A stretch of DNA of 41,698 bases, taken from an uncultured Planctomycetales bacterium (lineage in GTDB: Bacteria > Omnitrophota > Gorgyraeia > Gygaellales > Profunditerraquicolaceae). How positions within the stretch are numbered: the stretch's first letter is position 1; each line of letters opens with the position of its first letter. Both the position numbers and the translations under genes were made by a program. The notes beneath the pieces were generated by a model. It did not search any database, was not told the origin of the DNA, and worked only from the letters and a program-made list of their open reading frames with translations. The DNA lies in contig CAZAPM010000007.1 in NCBI GenBank assembly GCA_964487475.1, forward strand, positions 1 through 41,698, given 5' to 3'. Below, one piece after another: positions 36,153-41,698 of the stretch.

Positions 36153-37478
36153 ATGTCTACGCGTACGGCAGGAAGAAGGTTGCTATGGGTGACGGTGTTC
36201 GCTTCGTTATCGGCACTGGCGCTGGCCACCTACAGTATCAGCGCCACCGATAAGAAGAAGGATGACGACCTTTTCAGGCAGATCGAGCTTTTCTCCGATG
36301 CGCTGACCTACGTGCAGTCGGATTATGTCACCGAGGTCAAGTCCAAGGACCTCATTTACGGCGCGCTCAAGGGGATGCTTTCCTCCCTCGACCCGCACAG
36401 CCAGTTCATGGATCCGGATGCGTACAACGAGCTTAAGACCGACACCGAGGGCAAGTTCGGGGGGATCGGTATCGAGATATCGCAGCGGGACGGGATATTG
36501 ACCGTGGTCACCCCCATCGAGGATACTCCGGCCTGGAAGGCGGGGTTGAAGCCCAACGACCGGATCGTGAAGATCGACGGCAAGGTCACCCGGGATATGA
36601 CCCTTCCGGAGGCGGTCAAGATGCTGCGCGGCAAGCCCGGGGATCCCGTGACGGTGACGGTACTGCGGGAATCGGTGAAGAAGGTCATGGATTTCAAGCT
36701 GGTCCGGGGGATCATCACCATCACCGATATCAAGGAGGCGCGGATCCTCGAGGACGGCATCGGGTATATCCGCATCGTCGAGTTCCGGGAGGATACGGAC
36801 AAGAATCTCATCTCTTCCCTGGAAAAGCTGCAGGGACAGGGGATGCAGGCGCTGGTGTTGGATCTGCGCAATAACCCCGGCGGTCTGCTCGACAGCGCGG
36901 TGAACTGCGCGGACGAGTTCGTGGAGAACGGAAAGGTCATCGTCTCCACCAAGGGGCGAAAGAAGGACCAGGATACGGAGTTCCTGGCCAAGAACCCCAA
37001 GCCGATGCTGACGTTGCCCATGGTGGTGCTGATCAACGAAGGATCGGCATCCGGAAGCGAGATCGTGGCCGGCTGCCTGCAGGATTACAAGCGGGCGGTG
37101 ATCATCGGGAATAAATCCTTCGGCAAGGGGTCGGTCCAGACCGTGATCCCGCTCGCGGACGGTTCGGGGCTACGTCTGACCACCAGCAAATATTATACTC
37201 CGTTAGGCCGGGAGATCCACGGCAAGGGGGTAGAGCCGGATATCGAGGTTCCCGTGCCCGACGTTTCCGAGGATGACGCGAAGGATAAGAATAAGGATGA
37301 GGCGGCGCTGAGCATCGAAGAGGTGTTCGATCAGGTGGATGTTCCCGCCGATCCCGCGAAACCAAACGCGGTAAAGGAAGCGTACGATTATAAAAAGGAC
37401 GTGCAAGTGGTCAGGGCGCTCGATGTGCTTAAGGCGCTGCGAATCGTAGGCGCGGCGAGGACGGAACCCAAGCGATGA
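36153..37478 (+). CDS. ctpA: S41 family C-terminal processing protease
   Basis: LDPHS, PDZ domain (FGGIGI), LDLRNNPGGLL, SASGSEIVAG, SFGKGSVQ. Start could be TTG 36147 or ATG 36153. Confidence 0.93.
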   Translation: MSTRTAGRRLLWVTVFASLSALALATYSISATDKKKDDDLFRQIELFSDALTYVQSDYVTEVKSKDLIYGALKGMLSSLDPHSQFMDPDAYNELKTDTEGKFGGIGIEISQRDGILTVVTPIEDTPAWKAGLKPNDRIVKIDGKVTRDMTLPEAVKMLRGKPGDPVTVTVLRESVKKVMDFKLVRGIITITDIKEARILEDGIGYIRIVEFREDTDKNLISSLEKLQGQGMQALVLDLRNNPGGLLDSAVNCADEFVENGKVIVSTKGRKKDQDTEFLAKNPKPMLTLPMVVLINEGSASGSEIVAGCLQDYKRAVIIGNKSFGKGSVQTVIPLADGSGLRLTTSKYYTPLGREIHGKGVEPDIEVPVPDVSEDDAKDKNKDEAALSIEEVFDQVDVPADPAKPNAVKEAYDYKKDVQVVRALDVLKALRIVGAARTEPKR

Positions 37479-38401
37479 AACAAAGTACGGGAGGCTACAG
37501 AGGGATCATCGCGCTGTTGGCAGTGATCGTGGTGCTGCAGTGGGTGATCATGTTTACCGGAAAGCAGCAGCCTGCCCGCAAGGTCAAGCCTGCGGCGAAG
37601 CGCCCGGTTGCGGCTAAAAAAACGGTGAAGGCCTTCGTGCCTGCGCCGCCTCCCGCACCCGCGGTGACCGTTCCCGCGGTCGTGCCTCCGGTAGCGCCGG
37701 TAGTATCCGGGTCCAAGGGGTATATCGCCATCGTGCTCGATGACTGGGGGTATAATCTCAACAATATGCAGGAGCTGGAGCAGATCCAGGCTCCGATCAC
37801 CCTGGCGGTGCTGCCGAACCTGCCGTATTCCGAGATCGTGGCTGCCCGGGCACATGCTTCCGGCAAAGAGGTCATCTTGCATCTGCCGATGGAGCCGTAT
37901 GAGCGGCTGCACTGGGAACGCAACACCGTGCTGACCACCATGGATCCCGCGCAGATACGGGCGATCCTCTCTGCCGACCTGGATGATCTTAAATTCGCGA
38001 AGGGCGTGTCCAACCACCAGGGGTCGAAAGCGACCGGTGACGATAAGGTGATGACCGTGCTGATGAAGGAATTGCGGCGCCGCCGGCTTTATTTCCTGGA
38101 CAGTTACGTGACCTCGAAATCCGTGGCCGCGGCCAAGGCGTCCCTGGAGCGTGTCCCCAGCATTCCCCGGGATGTCTTCCTGGACAACCAGAGCGATCCG
38201 CAGTATATCCGCGGACAGGTGAATAAGCTCAAAAAGAAGGCGGCGCTTTCCGGCCGGGCAGTGGGGATAGGCCATGACCGGGTGAACACGCTGCTGGTGC
38301 TCAAAGAGATGGTCCCGGAGATGATCGCCGAGGGATACGAGATACTTCCCGTGTCGGCGCTGATCGCCAGGCCTAAGGCCGGGGAAGGAAGGAAACAGTG
38401 A
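37475..38401 (+). CDS. Divergent polysaccharide deacetylase (YibQ-like)
   Basis: TM anchor, Pro/Ala linker, IAIVLDDWG, LHLPMEP, NHQGS, FLDS, RDVFLD, IGH. Confidence 0.9.
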   Translation: MKQSTGGYRGIIALLAVIVVLQWVIMFTGKQQPARKVKPAAKRPVAAKKTVKAFVPAPPPAPAVTVPAVVPPVAPVVSGSKGYIAIVLDDWGYNLNNMQELEQIQAPITLAVLPNLPYSEIVAARAHASGKEVILHLPMEPYERLHWERNTVLTTMDPAQIRAILSADLDDLKFAKGVSNHQGSKATGDDKVMTVLMKELRRRRLYFLDSYVTSKSVAAAKASLERVPSIPRDVFLDNQSDPQYIRGQVNKLKKKAALSGRAVGIGHDRVNTLLVLKEMVPEMIAEGYEILPVSALIARPKAGEGRKQ

Positions 38402-39396
38402 TGTTCGTGCTGGGGATCGAGACCTCCTGTGATGAGACCTCCGCGTCCATCGTGGCGGACGGCCGCAAGGTGCTTTCCAACGTCACGGTATCCAGCGTGC
38501 GGCAGCACCGCAAGTACGGGGGGGTGATCCCGGAGATCGCTTTCCGCATGCAGCTCGAGACGATCGCGCAGGTGACCGAAGCGGCGATCGAGGAGGCGGG
38601 CATCCGCAAGCCGCAGATCGGGCTGGTGTGCGTCACGCAGACCCCCGGGCTGCTGGGTTCCCTCCTGGTGGGGGTGAGCTTCGCCCAGGCGCTGGGCCAG
38701 TCGCTGGAGGTGCCGGTGCTGGGCGTGAACCATATCCTCAGCCATATCTATGCCGGTTATCTGCAGGATAAGGCGCTGCGACTGCCTTTTGCCGGCCTGA
38801 TCGTCTCCGGCGGGCATACCAGCCTGTATGCGGTGAAGGATTTCGACCGTATCGAACTGCTCGGCTCGACCCAGGATGACGCCTGCGGGGAATCCTTCGA
38901 TAAGGTCGCCAAGATCATCGGCCTGGGATATCCCGGAGGCCCGGAAGTGGAGAAAGCCGCGCGGCAGGGGGATCGCCGGGCGTACCGTTTCTCCTGTTCC
39001 AACACCGCCAGGCCATTTGATTTCAGCTACAGCGGTATCAAGACCGCGGTGCTTTATCACGTGCGCAAGGCAACGCGCAACGGCGCCAGGAAATTGAGCC
39101 GGAAGGAAGTATGCGATATCGCGGCATCCTTCCAGGAAAATGCCCTCGAGGTCCTGGTGGCTAAGTCGGTGGCTGCCTGCCGGGCTACGCGCCTGCGTTC
39201 CCTGGTGGTAGGAGGAGGCGTTGCGGCGAACAACCGGCTGCGGGAGATGGCGCAGGAGCGCTGCCAGGAGGAGGGGATCAAGGTCTATTTCCCTTCCAAA
39301 CCCCTGTGTATGGATAATGCGGCCATGGTGGCGGGTTTCGGGTATCAATTGTTCAAAAAGGGTGCGACTGCGGGTATTCTGAAAGCCGTATCGTAA
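38401..39396 (+). CDS. tsaD: tRNA threonylcarbamoyltransferase TsaD
   Basis: LGIETSCDET, GGVIPE, HxxxH, VSGGHT, DDACGESFDK, FSYSGIKT, GGVAAN, DNAAM. Confidence 0.95.
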   Translation: MFVLGIETSCDETSASIVADGRKVLSNVTVSSVRQHRKYGGVIPEIAFRMQLETIAQVTEAAIEEAGIRKPQIGLVCVTQTPGLLGSLLVGVSFAQALGQSLEVPVLGVNHILSHIYAGYLQDKALRLPFAGLIVSGGHTSLYAVKDFDRIELLGSTQDDACGESFDKVAKIIGLGYPGGPEVEKAARQGDRRAYRFSCSNTARPFDFSYSGIKTAVLYHVRKATRNGARKLSRKEVCDIAASFQENALEVLVAKSVAACRATRLRSLVVGGGVAANNRLREMAQERCQEEGIKVYFPSKPLCMDNAAMVAGFGYQLFKKGATAGILKAVS

Positions 39397-39406
39397 AGGA
39401 GGGGGC

Positions 39407-39874
39407 ATGAGCGATAAGGAAATCGCGCTGCGGTTGGTGTTGTCGGCATTGTTGGGCGGGCTCATCGGGTTAGAGCGCCAAATGGTAAGGAGAAATGCCG
39501 GCTTGCGTACGCACATGCTGGTGTCTTTAGGCTCCTGCCTTATCATGTTGACATCGATGTATGTTTTTGATATATATAGCTCTAAAGTAGCGATGGACCC
39601 CAGCAGGATCGCCGCCGGGGTGATCACGGGCATCGGTTTCCTGGGTGCAGGCGCGATCATGAAGGAGGGGGTGGACAGGGTGATGGGCCTGACTACCGCT
39701 GCCAGCCTTTGGGTGGTGGCCGCGATCGGCCTGGCCGTAGGATGCGGTTTTACCAGCGCGGCGCTCCTGACCACGGTATTGACGCTGGTGGTACTGTTCT
39801 TTTTGAGGTATTTTGAAGCGCTATGCTTCGATAAGCGCGAATGTCGGAAGGGGGGCGAGGAGGATGGCATTTAA
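39407..39874 (+). CDS. MgtC/SapB family membrane protein
   Basis: GGLIGLER, AGLRTH, DPSRIAAGVITGIGFLGAG, GLTTAASLW. Confidence 0.93.
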   Translation: MSDKEIALRLVLSALLGGLIGLERQMVRRNAGLRTHMLVSLGSCLIMLTSMYVFDIYSSKVAMDPSRIAAGVITGIGFLGAGAIMKEGVDRVMGLTTAASLWVVAAIGLAVGCGFTSAALLTTVLTLVVLFFLRYFEALCFDKRECRKGGEEDGI

Positions 39875-40376
39875 CAGCAGGAAGAAGGACGAGGAGCGGG
39901 TACTGGATGTCGATGCCTCCATGCAGGGGTCCATGGTATTCAAAGAGCCGGTCAACCTGCGGATCAACGGCAAGTTCGACGGCACTCTGGAGACCAAGGG
40001 TAACCTGACCATCGGGCCTTCCGCCCTGGTGACGGCAGATATCACCGGCGATAATATTATCGTCGGAGGCAAGGTCAAGGGCAAGATCTCCGCGCGCCAG
40101 CGCCTGACGCTTCTGCCGACCGCGTCGGTCGAGGGGGATATCTTTCCCGCGCGGTTGAACATCGCCGAAGGCGCGGTGCTGGAAGGCCGTTGTTCGATGC
40201 TCCATGATTTTTTCAATATCGATGAGGTGGCCCGGTATCTGGAAGTGGACGTGAAGTCCGTTTCGGAGTGGGCCGCGGCCGGGAAGATCCCCTGCCAGAA
40301 GGAAGGGGAAGTGTTCAGGTTCGACCGCCGGGCGGTCGATAACTGGATCGCCTCAGGGGAAGTGGCCAAACGATAA
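39864..40376 (+). CDS. Bactofilin fused to a C-terminal excisionase-type (HTH_17) DNA-binding domain
   Basis: Beta-helix repeats LRINGKFDG..LTIG..IIVGGKVKG..VEGDI..IAEGAVLEG, then FNIDEVARYLEV..VSEWA..GKIP..FRFDRRAVDNWI. ATG 39864 follows GAGGAGG. Confidence 0.85.
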   Translation: MAFNSRKKDEERVLDVDASMQGSMVFKEPVNLRINGKFDGTLETKGNLTIGPSALVTADITGDNIIVGGKVKGKISARQRLTLLPTASVEGDIFPARLNIAEGAVLEGRCSMLHDFFNIDEVARYLEVDVKSVSEWAAAGKIPCQKEGEVFRFDRRAVDNWIASGEVAKR

Positions 40377-40391
40377 GGATGGATACCTGCA

Positions 40392-40700
40392 ATGGCTGTT
40401 GAAAAACTGCTTACCATACGGGAAGTATCCCAGGTGCTGGGAGTCTCCGAGCGCGAGGTCATCGACTTCGCGGAGTCAGGGGTGCTGCCTGCCTACAAGG
40501 TGGGCGGAGTGTACCTCCGTTTCAAGAGGCTCGAGGTGGAAGAGTACCGCAAAAAGCACCGGCCTTCCGCGCATAAGGCCGCGGCCGCGCACGCCTATCC
40601 TATGGGCGAGCGCATAAGCGATTTTTTCTATTTCAACGATTTTTATATCCTGGCGGCGCTCCTGGTCATCCTGATGGCCTGGTTCATCGTGCGGGGATAA
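40392..40700 (+). CDS. Excisionase-type HTH protein with C-terminal transmembrane helix
   Basis: LLTIREVSQVLGVSE..G.LPAYKVGG..LRF, and C-terminal FYILAALLVILMAWFIV. Confidence 0.82.
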   Translation: MAVEKLLTIREVSQVLGVSEREVIDFAESGVLPAYKVGGVYLRFKRLEVEEYRKKHRPSAHKAAAAHAYPMGERISDFFYFNDFYILAALLVILMAWFIVRG

Positions 40701-40703
40701 CGC

Positions 40704-41390
40704 ATGCCTGCGCGACGCGCGTATGCCGATATCGGGTGCGCGAAGCTCGATACGGACCGCTGCCGGCGCCGGGGTTATGCCGAGGCGGTGTTCTGCCAGG
40801 GTAAATCCCGCCCGCATCTTTCCAAAATAGTCGGAGAGTTGCTTTGTCATTCGCAGGACCCGATCCTGACCAGGCTGGACGCGCCGACGTACCGCTGGCT
40901 GAAGAGGAAGTTCCCTTCCCTGCGTTATCATGCGTTGGCGCGTATCGGGTATGTTTCCAAGGCCCGCGCCGCGGCAGAGGGCAAGATCGTGGTGATCACC
41001 GCAGGGACCAGCGACATTCCCGTTGCGGAGGAGGCCGCGGTCACCCTTGAGATCATGGGTCAGAAGGCCGAGCGCATCTATGACGTAGGAGTGGCGGGAG
41101 TGCACAGGCTTTTTGCCAGTCTGGAGCGGATACGCGAGGCCAGAGTGGTGATCGTGGTGGCCGGGATGGAGGGAGCGCTGGCTTCCCTGGTGAGCGGCCT
41201 GGTGCAGGTCCCGGTGATCGCGGTGCCGACCAGCGTAGGATATGGCGCGAGTTTCGGAGGGCTGGCCGCGTTACTGACGATGCTTAACGGCTGCTCCCCG
41301 GGCGTGACGGTGGTCAATATCGATAACGGTTTTGGCGCCGGGTACAGCGCGGCGTTGATGAATCCTCCTGCGCTCCGGGGCAGGCGGTAA
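40704..41390 (+). CDS. larB: Nickel-pincer cofactor biosynthesis protein LarB
   Basis: LDTDR..G..E.VFC.GK, AGTSDIPVAEEA, DVGVAGVHR, AGMEGAL, PTSVGYG, VVNIDNGFGA. Confidence 0.93.
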   Translation: MPARRAYADIGCAKLDTDRCRRRGYAEAVFCQGKSRPHLSKIVGELLCHSQDPILTRLDAPTYRWLKRKFPSLRYHALARIGYVSKARAAAEGKIVVITAGTSDIPVAEEAAVTLEIMGQKAERIYDVGVAGVHRLFASLERIREARVVIVVAGMEGALASLVSGLVQVPVIAVPTSVGYGASFGGLAALLTMLNGCSPGVTVVNIDNGFGAGYSAALMNPPALRGRR

Positions 41391-41392
41391 GC

Positions 41393-41698
41393 ATGTTCTT
41401 TTCCGTGCTATTGACGGGGATATTGGCGGCGGGGGTGTGGCTGCGCCTCATGATGCTTCGGATGCCTTACTGGTATGATGAGGCGATCACGGTGTATGCC
41501 ATCAATCTCCCCTGGGACCGGCTGTTGCTGCATCTTTCGGGCACGCGGGATATCCTTTCGCCGTTCGCCTTGCTTATGTACCGGTTGCTGCTGCATCTGG
41601 GAGTGCCGGTCGAACTGTTCAGGGTGGTCAACGTCGCTCTGGGCGCAGCATCGTTATATGTGGGATACCGTATCGTCGCGCGGGCGTACAGCCGGGCG
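41393..41698 (+). CDS. Partial GT-C-like membrane glycosyltransferase (runs off the window end; not in the ORF track)
   Basis: My translation, MFFSVLLTGILAAGVWLRLMMLRMPYWYDEA...FRVVNVALGAASLYVGY, has the LR...WxDE pattern shared with 10605-12098. No stop before the window end. Confidence 0.65.
   Translation, partial: MFFSVLLTGILAAGVWLRLMMLRMPYWYDEAITVYAINLPWDRLLLHLSGTRDILSPFALLMYRLLLHLGVPVELFRVVNVALGAASLYVGYRIVARAYSRA

Noticed and set aside
37590..37710. Pro/Ala/Val-rich low-complexity stretch
   Set aside because: Ordinary linker between the TM anchor and the deacetylase domain, not a DNA repeat.
38104..39870. 588-aa antisense ORF
   Set aside because: Spans three well-supported + strand genes and has no protein-family features.
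39864..40700. Prophage or integrative-element excisionases
   Set aside because: No integrase, att-like tRNA duplication or phage genes. Both HTHs are fused to non-phage domains within a housekeeping operon.

Overview
Bacterial chromosomal window, GC-rich and almost entirely on the + strand. Gene content and protein style suggest a PVC-related lineage such as Ca. Omnitrophota (inference only). In order: (1) cobamide salvage/uptake genes (cobT, cobS, Dph6/DUF71-like ligase, cobalamin riboswitch, BtuB-like receptor, TonB-like protein); (2) cvpA, NIF3, dnaG, rpoD; (3) a LAB_N / GT-C / GT2 envelope glycosylation trio; (4) tRNA-Ile2(CAT), tRNA-Val(CAC), zinc-ribbon protein, and rnhA overlapping rnpB; (5) yebC, ruvC, ruvA, scpB, pheA, hisC, aroF, tyrA, cmk, lepA, lepB, pgsA, plsY; (6) a 111-aa orphan behind a riboswitch/attenuator-like leader; (7) a 905-aa TPR + beta-barrel protein convergent with a GH161-like beta-1,3-glucan phosphorylase; (8) a response regulator, gatCAB, S41 protease, divergent polysaccharide deacetylase, tsaD, mgtC, a bactofilin-HTH fusion, a membrane-anchored HTH protein, larB and a partial GT-C gene. 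The most unusual signals are two copies, 25 kb apart, of an element with conserved 42-bp inverted arms around different AT-rich cores of exactly 89 bp; the bactofilin-HTH / HTH-TM gene pair; and the structured leader at 25.8 kb. No CRISPR array, transposase or integrase was seen.
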